From: Raillietiella orientalis
Lineage: Eukaryota
NCBI GenBank assembly: GCA_036172245.1
Contig: JAYWIR010000043.1
Coordinates: 1,612,001 to 1,676,000 of the forward strand
DNA: 64,000 bases
Direction: 5' to 3'
A model generated the notes under the pieces. It did no database searches, was not told where the DNA came from, and saw only the letters and a program-made list of their open reading frames with translations. Made by a program: the position numbers and the translations under genes. Shown here piece after piece: positions 26,303-39,450 of the stretch (positions are counted from its first letter, which is position 1; the number at the start of each line of letters is the position of its first letter).

Positions 26303-26442
26303 AGATATGTAGACGGAGAGAGAGAGAGCGTGGCCATGGTTACGAACAGTAAACTTATTCGATATAGATAGATAGGTAGATTGAGACAGAGATATGTAGA
26401 TATGGATATAGGTATAGGTGTGGATGCAGACGCAGATATATA
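26303..26442. repeat. Degenerate TAGA/TAGATA/GA microsatellite
   Basis: gatatagatagataggtaga, agagagag, tagatatggatataggtata; continues at ~26028-26050 on the other side of the MITE. Confidence 0.6.
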
Positions 26443-28959
26443 GTGATTTTCATAAATTATCTGCTGTTTCTATTTAAGCCCTTAATCTTGATGCGAGATG
26501 TGTTTCTGCCTCATGCTTTGTATAGTGGCTTTGCTCTTTCTCTGCGGCGAAACGTCGGCGTCCAAGAAGAAGGTTGCCAATGCTGGAATAAGGTGACACG
26601 CCCTGAGTTTCTCCCGCAAATGAGATCCGAAGTTTCCCTGAGAGATTAAGCGGCTCCACCTTGTTTTCCGGTGTTTGGCAAAATGTTAGCAGCGTCAATT
26701 AAACTCTGATCCACTTCTTTTAAAGCAGCCTTTCAGGGAGATTAGGCAGCCAACCCGAGTCCCGTCTTCGATATGCTAATGTGAGTCGCCCTGTATTGAT
26801 AATATCGCTCTTTCGCTTGTCGCTGGAGGATTTTCCAAGCTTCCCCTTAATAAAAGGAAGAACCTTTGAAAGTTCAATCATAAATCCGAAGTTTGGAACA
26901 GCGTTCCTGAAGAATTCCCTCATTCTGAGGGGGAGCTTCCGAATGCAAAACGAAGATTTAGCTCTTCACGCGTACCCAGAAGATTTTTAATCAGCACGGA
27001 ACCGAAATTTTTAATTATCACTGTTTTTCCCAAGCGGCACGACGTGTGTTAAGGAGATAGGAGAACTTTCCGCCATGCTGCAAGAGGAAAGAAAGGCCAT
27101 TCTTCAAATTCCATCAATATCGGGAAAAAAAATCAAAGGAGAAAAATGGTTCGTGAACACCATGCTGAGATCACTTGCTTTTCGCCAATGTTTAATGATG
27201 ATCTCTTGGTTTACTTTTCACCTATTACTTGTGCATTTCATAGGATCCAAGTATCGTAATGTACTGTGAAACCATCCGTGCTTCCTATAGAAACTTCAGC
27301 ATGCGTGTGCCCACGCCCTTTCCGCACACGTCTCTAGAGGGAAGTCCCGGGAACACCTAGCTGCTCTTCCGAATTATGTCTTTTGCAGAGATCACATGAC
27401 AGTGACGCCGTGAAACAGCTACCCCCAAATTCATCTATCTTCGCGGGCTTGACTCGATCTATCACCTGGTGAGATGGCCGTCGGTGGTCTTCCACTGAAA
27501 CAGGGAAAACAGGTGGGAATTCTCGTTGAGCACACGAAGGCGCACGAACGCTCCAAGCGGAGGTCATCGGATCGCCGGAAACTGAGTGGATCAAAGTAAC
27601 AATTTGTCTTGAGATGGTTCTGGAACAGGGAAATAAAATTCCTGGAAACAGCGTGACTCTCAACTCCTTTGATCAGTCCAGTTGCTCCTCTTCCTGGGAT
27701 TTCCATCCCCCGTCATTCTGCCTGTTTCGCCAACATGTGCAAGCATTTTTTCTTGCATTAGTAATGCTGTAACGACTGGGCAAGAGTCCTTCAAAATAAC
27801 CTGTTTTTTTTTTTTTGCAGGAAACTCTTATGGGCACTTATGGCAGATGGATTGGCACGAACCATTTAAAGCCAGCGTTACAAGAATAAGACTTCTAGCA
27901 TAGGAAAGAAAAGAGCAGATTTGGGAGAAAATGCAGATAAAGGCACACAACAGCTGTAATGAACCTAATTTATTTCGCTGCTGGACTTCTTTTATGGCCC
28001 ATTTTCCTTCTTTCTTTCTTTTTTTCTTTTTTTTTTTTTTGCCCGTCTCAGAATCGCACATTTAATAGGCATCCCTGAAGACATATTTTCTCATCAAATA
28101 GAAAGATGGAAAGAAACTCGAATTTCAAACTCCGAAAATGTGTTGTAAACGAGTCGAGTGCAATTTCGAAAGAAGAAACTGAAACAAGAAAAATGGAGAA
28201 CACAGCAAGCTACTGAAATATCGTGAGAGGCATCAAGATATTTGGGAAAATGATCGATTGCAGCGGTTCACTGGAATCAAATAATTCTCAGCTTCCTGAA
28301 ATCCGATGTTAATTAGAATAAATAGGGAGCGAAAGCCTGTTTGAGAGGAAAACTCTCCACGGCTGCCAAGGTGGAACGGGGAAGATCTTTCAGATGACGG
28401 TGTCATATGCTTTCCTTCGAAGGTCAGGGAGTACAGAAACGAAGTGCATCCTCGGAAATAACCGGAGAGTGCCTCAAGTTTTCTCTGAGGCCTTCAACGA
28501 GTTCCTCAACCTTTGAAGGAGATGAAAATTCGATCGGAGATGCACAAAAACGCAGCACCCCATGCAGCACGCATGTAAAATGAAGGTTCGAGAGGTATTC
28601 GAAGCATTGATGATGACTGGACATGAAAAACTGCAGTCGACGGACTTTTCTTCCCTTCGGCAAAATCGTGCTCTGGTGCATGCTGGAGGACGGTTGTCCT
28701 AACCTGCGAAACGATGTATTTAAGCTGATGGCTTCGAAGAAGGTTATGATGAGGGCAGAACAAAATTCAGGGGGTCCGTTGAATGCAAACGGCGTCAAAG
28801 CGATTTCCCTTGAAGAAGGCGCGATGGTAAATCCCTCGCTCTGGAAACTGATCTTACGAAAAACTCTCAGGCATACGTTTAAAAGGCGTGCCAATAAGAC
28901 AAGATAGAAGATGGAGACTTTTTTTTTTGAGGGGGGGAGGGAGGTTTCCGTTCCTAAAT

Positions 28960-31900
28960 TCACTGGAAACAACCCCTTCGATAAGTAAGAATAATAAACG
29001 GTCTTCACTGTTCGGAGGAACGCAAATGGAATCAGGTAGTACAATTAACTCCCAAACTAAAACTCCGATCCTCAATGTGAAGCTTGTTTGGTACAGCATT
29101 GTGGAAAGCGTACATGACAGCCTATCCGTCAACCCTGTAGCTCATCGGGCTAGCAATAGTTGGCCTTCTGACGTCCCAAACCCTTGACTTCCAGAATTTC
29201 TCAATTACATTTCCTTGAACAGGTGGCAAAGTGCCAACCCTCCATAAGAAATCTAATCAAAAAGGGTGGACACCCCAATTCATACGAGGAATCACTCAGC
29301 ACCCAGGCTGCCCATTTGCATTTTCGCCTCCACGACTACGGTCTGGGTGAATGGGAACTTATCACTTGCCTCTCATTTTCAGTAGCGAAAGCATGCTTGA
29401 GAATCGCATCTCCTCTCTCGTGATTTTCAGCGTTTCTATGCAGCCCATCTTGTTTGGGAGGAGCATTCTTGGATTTCCCATCTATGACTCTCCAAGGTGC
29501 TTTCGTCACACTCCCCTCCAACATAGAGAGATATCGGTCACAGGAAATACTGTATCCCTTTCTGGGAAGCTGCGAAGCTCTGTAAGTGCTGTGAGAAGAC
29601 AGAACAGCTTTCCATTTCCGCCCAAGCGATCCCAAAGTCTGTAGAAAGTCAGGAGTCCGACTTCCCACCCACTGGAGTATTCTGTGCAGTTTGGGTATGA
29701 AATACCCAGGCATTTTAGTAGGAGGATTTGAGGTCAAACAGACCCTGCTGCCAGGAATTTGTAGTCCTTCTTGCTGTCTTGTCTTGGGATCTGCGCGGGG
29801 ACATCGTGCCTCACCTGCAACCAGACTAACTTCCTACTATTTAGATGACTCCGGAAATACCTCAAAAGATGACAAATTTCGTACAAATGAACAATAAAGC
29901 TGTTTGATATCTACAAATAAAAAACTCGCTTCTATTACTCGGAATACAAACTACCTTCTGATTCGTCAAATAGGTCAGCCACCATATACCAAAGATGTGA
30001 TTGCCACAATATTCTTTGAAATATTTCTGGTTCGCACGAGTGCAAATACTTATGTTAACTGCTGATGTACGTACGCCACTTCAAGGGCAACTCCCCTGCA
30101 TATTACTTTTTCCTGATGGTGCGAGTGTTAAAAGACTTCCTCTGGTTATGGAAGACATGCTGCTCCAGAAGGTGTTCCACTGTGAATTGCTCTTGATCAT
30201 GCTTTCACATCATAGCAAATGGTTGGAAGATCACGAGAATTTCATCTGATCTTTGGAAACTGCAACAAGAAGGTTGAATTCAGATGGATGTGATGATGCC
30301 AAGATCTTTCATTAAAGAGAGAAGCAGCGTGTGAGGAAGAGCTGCCAAACGGCAGAAACTATAGCGGAACTGCTTCGAATACCTCCAGGCAAGTTCCTTG
30401 CTTAATTTTGTATCCATTTTTTGACGAAGACTTCATAAAAGGTATGGTCAGCTGTGAGGGCTCTCTTCACGGAGTGACGATGGGGAAGCGCACCATATTT
30501 CCTCTGATTTGCTGATATATACATCTTCATCATTCCAGCTGGAGACAATAAAGAAAAGAGACTTGAGAATATAGACTTGAGAATAAAGAAAAAAGACTTT
30601 AACCCATTGGAAAGAGTCTGTGCTTCGAGGAAGTAAGACAATCTTTTCTGATCGATATTGGTCATGTATGCGTGCCCAATTTTCCCCACCGACATCTGTG
30701 GTGCGCGAGCTGTACGCTGCTGTACGCTTGCGTTGGCCCCTTTGGTCCTTAGGAAGCATTTGAGCCATTCAGCTAGGTCCTTCTGTTAACCATCGATGCT
30801 GGACAGATACAGCGACTTCAGTTTTCCCTTCATTGAGGCTTCCTTAGAAGATATTCGAGCAAGGAAGAAGTCTCTGAAGCATTCTAAACGTCATCACGGG
30901 TCCTCAAAGTAAAGATGACCGGCGAGACCTCACTGTGAGACCTCAGCCCACGAGAACAAACTGGAATCCCTCTGGCTGGCTTCAGGAATTCTCCTGTTCC
31001 TGAAATGGCAACCATGAGATAGTTATCACTTGACTTCCCTTCTTAACAGTAATCGAGATAGTCCTTCCTTCGGAGTCATTCCACTCAAGTAGGGATGCCG
31101 GAAGTTGGAAATAACCCATTCCTCTCCTCCTCAAAAACCCATCTTCATGCTTCAGAAGCACGCAGGACAGCAGCCCGCCAAGTATCATTAGCATTCTCAT
31201 GCTTACATCATCCTCCATGCTGTTGGGATGGATTCCTGGAGACAGAAACCGAGGGCTATCCTGGATTCTTGATATCTTGACCAATAATTCATCCTTAGAC
31301 AAAGCCACAAGTTCCATTTGGCCAGTGCTTAGAGATCCGCGGAAAAGAAATGCCACAAATCTTTATCTTTTTCCGGTACCTATATCTGCTTTCTCACCGC
31401 TGAACGTTCAGCTCGGGGGAATGACTTTCGAACGGCTGGATCAGGAAGATCTGAAAGTTTAAAACAACCGTCTATCTCCAACCTCTTGCCTTTGTCGGGT
31501 GGATTTGCTAGATCCACATATGCTGCTGGCATTCATATATGTACTCTCTGGCCGCCTGTTTGGTAAATTGATGCATTTTTTGGGAAGCTGTTCAGTGCTG
31601 TTCTTGAAAAGAGTCCAACCCGATTTCTACAACATTCCTGACCTCTCACAGTGCATGAGATCGGAAAAGAAGCTTCTGGTATCGTCTAGTCCATCCATCG
31701 TCTAGCTTTTGCCACAGTCCGCAATTCATGATGAAGATCACTCTTGCTAAGATCTGTTGTTGAAAGAGTTTGATGAAAATAGTTTAAAACAAACGATATT
31801 TTTTATCTTTGCAAATGTCCCTCCACTACCAAGTGCCAGGATGCTTCCATCTTTCATCTTAAAAGTTTCTTTTCTTTTGAACTCCTCTAAATGTTGTTGC

Positions 31901-33450
31901 TCAAAGTTGCAAGGAGCACTCATTCAGATTAACGGATAATGCAATCTTCTGGCGTGTATCATGGAGTGTCTGTACCGTGGAGGCATTCACGAAGTCCATT
32001 TCTCTATTAAGACGAAATCATCTGCACAGACCAACAAAGAGCCCCCTATCACCAGAAGGAAGGTTTTGGTAGCTATCCCGAATGTCATGGGACTCACAAA
32101 ACATTCCTGCTTCACTTCTCTAAGAATCCAGATGTCTCTTGTGGCTTGTGAGTCCTGAACAAGTGTGCGGTTCTTTGGATGCAAGCACTCGATGATTTCT
32201 TCGGGGAGTTCTGCTGATGAGGTCCACCACACGCCTCTATGCAACAATTCACATGGAAATGCTTCGAAAGCTTTGATTAGATAGACAAATGTGGTACAGA
32301 GGTCGTGCCATGATCTTCTGCCCGGTCTAGTTCGCAGAACAAGGATCCTTTCCCGAGAACTCCGTCCTACGATAAAAATCCCTATTTCCATAGGAAAATG
32401 ACCTCATTCTCGATCAAGTTCTTCCGCTGCTTCAGATGAATTCGGGAGACTGTCTTCGATTCCTTCCAGCACGTTGCGTTTTCCGATGACTAAGGCGGAT
32501 GGTGAAAATGTCGGCTAACGCTGCGGCGTCTGGATCCATGGGTTTTCCATCTATTCTATGAGATTAAGTCCAGCCCTAGTGAGCAATTTTGCTCGTTGCT
32601 GTAACACGGAAGCAGTCTCATACGTACCGAAGGATGTGAGGGCGAAAGAGGATCACTGCTTCCGATTTCGACATGCTGAGGGATTCGTGCGAGATTCTGT
32701 TGCAGAAGTGTGGACGGAATGCTCCTTTATTTTCCGCAGTGGTGAACTTGGAACTCTTGCCTGCCTGTCTCAATACTACCTCTATCGCATTTGGCGCAAC
32801 TTTGTATTTCACTTTCGGAAGTCAGATCGACTTTCTTCCTGTCTTCGTCCTACTTCTCTCCAAGGATCTCACGTGTTCTTTCCATCCGTTGAGATCGATC
32901 GTTCTCAAAACTATCCCGATAGAGGTTCTTTGGATTGTTTAATTCCTGTGGCTTCACTCCTTCGTTCATAAATGACTTCATGTGTTTTTTCTGCAGGTTC
33001 TCTGGTTTCTTCATCTTCGCCTTTGGTTCTGCCCATTGGTTGCACTTTGGATTCTTCCTTCCTTCATCCATAGATGGCTGCTTTTATTACTCTCCGCAAG
33101 AATGAGTGACCATCTACTTTGCTTAGACTTTCTGCACAAGGGTCGCTGATGGAGTTCTTAGGATGCATGTTTGGCGTATCCTGGTCACCAGCTCTGGCTG
33201 ACGTGATGTGTAACTCAACTCCTCTAGATCCATGTGGTGCAGAGCCTTTCTTAGGATAAGATCTGCTCCTGCAGCTCCTAATCAAGTGGCAACACTGCGC
33301 CTCGACTCTTTCTTACTTTTCCTTTCCATAGAAACAAAGTCAAGTGCTGGTGAAGCTCTTTTCAGGATCAATTTGGGATTGTCATCTTATTAGTGTCCAT
33401 GGGAGCAACTCCCATCAAAGGAGAGATGCTGACTGTTGGTGTCTCTACCA
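28960..33450 (-). pseudogene. Endogenous viral element: degraded L protein (RdRp) of a segmented negative-strand RNA virus, Bunyavirales-like
   Basis: Minus-strand motifs in RdRp order: MLPKDQRG..KR (motif F, KDQR 30750-30739), YISANQRKYG (motif A-like, 30521-30492), SNMQG (motif B, MQG 30101-30093), LYS-E* where SDD is expected (~29943), HLNSRK (motif D, 29847-29830). Possible endonuclease KMT(I)PN-LIL..LDF near 33390-33330. Many stops and frameshifts; lower GC and CpG than the flanks by eye. Confidence 0.58.
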
Positions 33451-33639
33451 TCCAGCCTAAGCCGGCAGATCTTACACCGGCAGACTGGTGCTGACGGAAA
33501 GAGGTGGATGAACGCTGAGCACCCAGCTCGAAGCTTAGCTCCTCCACTTTGCTGCTATTGCCTCCTGATTTATTCCCTTCCCGGGGATCACAAGGACCGG
33601 GGGAAAGGTGTTGCAGTGCTGGACCCCGTCGTCTATGAA

Positions 33640-33940
33640 GATATGTCCCCTTTAATAATGGCCGCACGGGTTGACGGCTCCCTGTGTGTCACTCCTGCAT
33701 CTTTTCGCCCGCGTCGGAGGCCATGTGGTTACGGTGGTCCCCGCGCGTGGCATCATGCGTCGTCGGTTCGAATATTCCGAAAGAATCGACGCAGTGCGTC
33801 GTGGGTTCCGAGCTCACCCCACAAGATGACGCAGGCTGGCTTACGTTCATCCGAGTGCGGCACTGGTAGCGGTTAAAACCGGATGCCCTCGATGAGAGCC
33901 GGGACAAATGGGAGTCGACCTCCGGATCCTTCCAGGAATC
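33640..33940 (+). mobile_element. LINE 3'-end remnant homologous to 55450-55700 (minus)
   Basis: Shared gttcgaa..ccg.aag.atc, ttc(c)gag.tc.c.cc.caagatga.gc.gg.tggctt and tgcggcactggt blocks. Confidence 0.5.
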
Positions 33941-34899
33941 ACTGAGTGGAAGCTCCCCTCTGGTTGTGAAGAAGAGGACCCCTCATTCCGCGGGGTCCTC
34001 CGCGTCGTACTGATGGAGTATCTGACACTGAGATGGACTCCCCGTGACGATGTGATCCTGGGTTCCGGAGGAAAATGAGGACTGTGATCCCCAGATGTCC
34101 GTGGCCTGCTTCAGGACGAGAGAATGTTGGTGAGACCCGAGAAAGATAGACAAGAAAACCTTTATGGTCACTTGACTTTCGGGCATAGGACAGCAGGTCC
34201 TTTCCAAGACAGGGGTCTTGGGAAGGACCTTGTTTAGATCCTTGGTTAGATCTCCGGGAACCCAGGATCCACAAAATGACGAGCTGCTGAAAGAGCTCGG
34301 AATCTCCTAGTTACGTGCAAGGACAAGTATATGTAAATGCTTCGGCTGTACATATACTAAAATTGCAAGGAAAACGAGAAGCACCCACATTCCGAGAAGG
34401 AACGATCCTTACCAAAGATCCCTGTTTTCTCTCTCCCTATCTTTTTTTTTTTCATCTCTTGCCTCCTCCCATTCGTTCCAAACTCTCTGCTCTTTCGAAC
34501 TACCCTAGGGTTTTCGTTTGCCTTTCCTGGGAACTCTTCTCCCAAGTTTTTGCAGGTTTAGTTTCATAGGAAACAACGCCACGGCAAGACCAGATGAGAA
34601 GGGAAAACGGGACGGCTCGTACATCCCCTGAGGCAGGGATTTTTAATAGGCTCATCAGATGAGAGACCGGCGAAGAATCGAGTTGACCTTTAGGACTTCC
34701 GTGGGGCACGAACCCATAGTCAGATTGGAGGAGGTTAGGAAATCCTTTCGCAAGGTGGACCGAATGAGATTTCCGCAGGAACGTTGGAAAGAAGATACCG
34801 CGGGAAGTCAAAGGCATTCAGAGGAAGAAGCAAAAGATCGGAGATGTGGGTCAGCTCTTCACGCCTATACCATTTCCTCAGACCGTCTTCTTTCTCCGA

Positions 34900-35340
34900 T
34901 GCTCTGAGGTTGCACTCCGCACTCCCCTGATTCTGTCCGCCACTGGGTTCCAAAATTGCCGACCCGTGCTCAGTTATCGAAAGTGGCCCAGACAGGAGCT
35001 CGTGAGTTCCATTCCTTGTGTGATCAGGGGGATAAGTACAGGTCGGTGGAGCTCCTTTTAAAAGGGTTGAGATTACTTACAGATTCCTCTCTCATTCCGA
35101 ATTCCCCCTTTAGGAACCTCCCAGAGGCACCTATCACTCTTCCAGAGTTCTTGGTCGAAGATGCCGACTACGTTAATTCCAGAAAAGACCAGGGCGTTCC
35201 GGGTGACGATCCGTTGCGAGAGGAAGGGATAGAAAGACTCGTCCCCCCCACAGGCGCTTCCGGCACCATTCTCCCATTCATTCGTAGGGGAGACAGGGGT
35301 CCTTCACTTGTCGCTTGCCCTTTGCTCAAAACTAGATAGA
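34900..35340 (+). mobile_element. Possible LINE zf-RVT remnant
   Basis: LPTRAQL...HSLC....ELLL resembles LPT..L...C..C...HLL. Confidence 0.3.
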
Positions 35341-36030
35341 AGCTGCAGATCACAGCCTCCGTACTCCTGACTTTTCACGTGGCCTTCTGCATCTTCCATC
35401 TCTACCCTCCAGCTTTTTCACTGACAAACAGAACAGTCACGATTGACCTACAAGCACGCGATGAGCATGCCGCATCATGCGGGAAAATCTCGTGGCGAGT
35501 CGTAGGTCCCATGTTCCACGCCACTCACACCATTTCCGGGAACACCCACCACCACTCATCCATCTACAGGTGTTCGCAAAAATACTCTAGGCGAGGGGCG
35601 TACGGGATGACGACAGCGGCATGTCACTCTTGCAGCTTTTCGCCACTTCCCGACCCGCTTGGGGGACACCGAGGGGAGCCCCCTCGGAAACACACCACAG
35701 AAGGAAGAGGGAAGGTGAACATAGCAAGAGCTAGTAGCAAGAGAGATATCAAGGACATAGCAAGAGACATAGCAACAGGTAGTAGTCCCGTGGCATGGAA
35801 GAGGAAGGGAGGCAGAGGCCAGCTCGGCAAACGCATGCAGAGCCCCGGGAAAAGGAGGAGGACGATGTAGGAGGAGCAAAAATGCAAGCCCAGCAGCCGG
35901 CAGAAGCACGAGGACCTCCACACCAGAGCGGGTAGTCAGCGTTCCCAAGTTCGCTTCATGGCTTGGACCATGCGAGAGGGGGTAGACGTGGGCGTTCTTC
36001 GAGTCTTCCCAGTTCGGGACCTTTGACAAG
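35340..36030 (-). mobile_element. Possible Tx1 ORF1 end / ORF2 start remnant
   Basis: SCFCRLLG (zinc-knuckle-like), a low-complexity stretch with degenerate catagcaagag units (35719-35780), then VAWN...VLFVSE (APE N-terminus-like). Confidence 0.33.
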
Positions 36031-37899
36031 AGTGAGCCGTCGCCGAGTAGCGAAACTCGCTGCCAGGATACTCGAAACCAGAGGGAGGAGGAAGAAAGAG
36101 TGTCCCACGTTGCTGACTCGCTACGCTGTCACTTTTCTCCCTGCTTTTTCTCCTGGCGACAGCCGGGAAAGAGGACAGCCTAAAGGGAAGAAAATGAGAA
36201 GAGGAGCAAGAGGAGGAAAGGAGGAGGGAAGGGGCAAAGGGGAGTCCCGAAAATTGTTTCCGATCGGTAAAGGGGAAGGGGTCCTCTTTTTCATCTTTCT
36301 CTCTGTTGTCCAAAGGCTGCCACGACATCTCTGGATCGGGACTGAGGGGGAAGAAGCTTCCTGGAAGGAAGAAAGGAGGATCACTTCCGTTCCCAGACTG
36401 AAAAGAGGAAAAGGAAGAAAGGAACGTGTGCTTCCCAGGGATGCCCCTATTTTTTTGCTATCTGGGGAGCTTGGTTCTCTAGCGGAAGAGGTTCACGTTC
36501 GGAGAGAAAAGGGGAAAAAGGAGTGACAGTGAAGGAAAAAAAGAAAAGGAAAAAAGTTGTCCCAAAGGATGGAGGATACTGGGAACTAAAAGAGCAGCTG
36601 TTCCGTTCCAGAGTCTAAGCAACAGCAGCTGAGAATGAGAACTGCTCTCCTCAGAAGTCTCCATGGACCACTGCGAGACGAGGGTGGCGCCAGGCCATTC
36701 CAACATCCAGCATTGATCCCAGAGCGACCGCGCACTGATCGATTCCAGGAAGACGAGGACGAGATGCCTTCCCTGTCCTCATGAGGAACGAGCGGGTCTC
36801 CTCCATCCGGGCAGCCTAAAATTCCTGGAGGTTTCTCTGGCTCCTCCTCTAGAATCGATGCCAACCGAATGTCCCGTCGGGTGGTCAGAAGAGATCACCG
36901 TCTCTGCGAGCCTTCCGAGAGCTCGAGATGGCTCTCCTTCCAGGAGGCGGCGCTGTGTAATGAAGGGCAACGGCGGAACTCACTGACACTCTTCCCCTCC
37001 GATGATGTATTACCCTACCCTCCCTTCCTCCCCCTCTTTCGGTCTCTCCTATACATCCTATTCTCCCTCTTCTCCTTTTCTCCATCCTCCTCTCTACAAA
37101 AAGGAAAAAAGGGGGATAAAGACGCTTGCAGCGACAGCCCTTTCTTTATTTATGTTCCTCGGCTTTCTCATGAAGAAAGGGGGGAAAAAATCTCTGGGAA
37201 GAAAGTAAGGGAGGGAGCAACATTTTTTGATGGGAAGCAGCATCTAAGGACCGCGTCTGTTTTTCCTCGAAGCCACTCTGGTTGATCATTATGTCCCCGT
37301 CATTAGGAGTTGAAACAGCTCAGTTGCCCGGAGACCAGTAGAGCAGGTAGGAGCTGGAGATCCAGCAACAGGAATCGACAAGCGGGGGAAGATTCCAAGT
37401 TATGACAAGGAGGCAACCATGGTGAATTTGGGATGGAGCTGGGGGTGATGGCCCCCTCGGGCGCTTTGTGAAAATCGCTCAATTCAAGAGATGATGAACA
37501 TTGCTTCTCCGCTCTGGAAAGCACTTGCCAGGAGAATCCCTAGGGAACTCTGCTCTTCACCCTCATCCCCTCCTCCCTCCGTCTTCTTCATTCTTCCTTC
37601 TCAACCTTCATCTTCTTGCTCCTTGTTGTCGTCATCATCGTCATACCTTTCCAGAAGATGCGTTTGGAGCAAAGAGCACTATGCGCAGCTCGGCTGGAAC
37701 CACTGCTAGATGTGCTCCCGTAGGAAGACATGCGGAGCGCACATCTTCCTCTAGGTTTACCCCTTCGCTCCTGTGGGAGTAACGAGGAGTCCCCTCGAAG
37801 TCGAAGGCGAGTCTCGTGACTCGAAGTTGGGAGGACACCAAAAACGGACCCTTGGGAGGCGGGGAGCAACTGGGAGGACGACTCCGTGTGGGAATCGAG

Positions 37900-38740
37900 A
37901 GGCTCCCACTCCTTCCTGGAGAGTCGCTCCTCCCTCCCTCAAAGGGAAGCGTCACCTCGGGACCCTGGAGGCGAAGCTGTTCCTGTCGCGAATTCGCGTT
38001 CCTAGGGGGATCAGCAGAGAAAGTAGTGAATTCCACAAGCAGGGGGGTCGTCCCGCCCTCGTGCGCTGCAGCTGACCCCGTCATTGTTCATCCATCACCA
38101 GCGACGACCGCCACCTTCAGCAGAGTGAGCGACCCTTGGCCACCCCACGTCGCATCATACCCACTCCCACGAGCCCTAAGAGCTTCCTAGAGCGGCGAAA
38201 GGACCCTTCCTCCCGAGCCTCCCGCCATATTCTTGCAGGCTGGAGTTGCAGGCTGCAAACAGCCGTGCGAAGCGATCGGACGGACGTCCTTCCTATGAAG
38301 CGCTTCCAATCTCCCGCCGCCCTTGGTGATGCGAGACTTCGAGACTCAGGGCAGCTTCTTCCGCAGGCTGCACGAGCACGTGGACCTGGAGGGGAAGGGG
38401 CGACCCGGAAAACGACCCGAGCGTGTCACACACCTGGCTTTTCGGCCGAACGAGACAGCTCCCGCCAAAAGCTCACCATGCTCCCTGACCCTTTCCCCCT
38501 CCCAGAGCACGCATTTCTTCCAGCCCAGAAGAGCCTGCGCCCTACGGTCAGCCACCGCGGATGCCATGGAGAAGGGCGTGTGGGCACAGTATGGAGAGGG
38601 AAGCGTCCGGCACGGCATACGCCCCACCGTCCCGTTGATTCCTCGCCGAAGGACATTTGGCTTGGCGTCTTCCGGGAGGGCATGTCTTCTTTTCGTTTCG
38701 CCGAAGGGCACGCGCGTTTTTCCTGAACTTCCCCTTTAGA
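37900..38740 (+). mobile_element. Telescoped L1/Tx1 remnant (ORF1-like + APE + RT)
   Basis: IRVPRGIS (ORF1-like), LVMRDFE (GDFN-like) and SVRHGIRPTVPLIP (cf. VRRGIRQGDSLSP). Confidence 0.45.
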
Positions 38741-38892
38741 CAGAGAATCAGCTCACCCCAGGGCTAGCCAAGCTGGTTTTTCTTTTCAGTGAGACTCTTC
38801 TGCGTACCTCCTGAGGGACAGCATGGAGTCTCTCCCCTGACGGGCAGTGATTCCTCCGAAACAGGCCGGCTATAGAAGCCATATCTTGGATA

Positions 38893-38926
38893 AAAGCCAT
38901 ATCGGGCGATGGCCCGATATGGCTTT
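38893..38926. repeat. Perfect 15 bp inverted repeat (hairpin)
   Basis: aaagccatatcgggc - gatg - gcccgatatggcttt; aagccatatc is also repeated just upstream (38876-38885). Confidence 0.9.
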
Positions 38927-38959
38927 GGCCTCCTCCACACCTTGCTATCGGCGGAGGGC

Positions 38960-39450
38960 ATGGAGACGAGGAGCATATACCACCCTATTTTACGAGGTAG
39001 GGCGTGATTCCAAGTCTTCTCACCAGCCGCTCGTTAAGAAACTCCGGCGTCTAGGAGCAGCGCTCGAGCCATCTTGGGGCATTCGTGATCTTCGGCGGCG
39101 GCGAGAGCTGGAGCTACTCCGCGCAAACGCAGAGTGGGTCCAGCGCCTGCAGAACTCGCCAACAAGTGCAATGGGGAGGGAGGTTTTTTTCTACCCCAGG
39201 GCAAGTTGGCGGTGATCCGTCTAAGGGGGGTCACCGTCGATACGTCGAAAGACGTCGTGGGGGATGAGCCAGCCAAGTTCCGCATCGTTTACATGATGTG
39301 GCGCAAAATCACACGGTGCAGTGACCTTTTAAAGTGTCCAGCGGGTTGGGCCGAGCACGGACGACAGTGCCAGACAGGTTGCCTATCTCCCACGAACCAC
39401 ACCTCTCAGACAAAACGTTGGGAAGCCCTCGTTTGACTCTACGAGTCCTC
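38960..39450 (+). mobile_element. Tx1-type ORF1 remnant
   Basis: VIRLRGVTVDTSKDVVGDEPAKFRIV resembles the Tx1/L1 ORF1 RRM-like V.L.GVP...S...I...L..FG.V pattern. Confidence 0.5.

Noticed and set aside
27330..27700. LCLLQRSH as APE LQETH; similar weak hits at ~44050-44130 and ~48970-49000
   Set aside because: Probably more LINE debris, but each rests on one degenerate motif.
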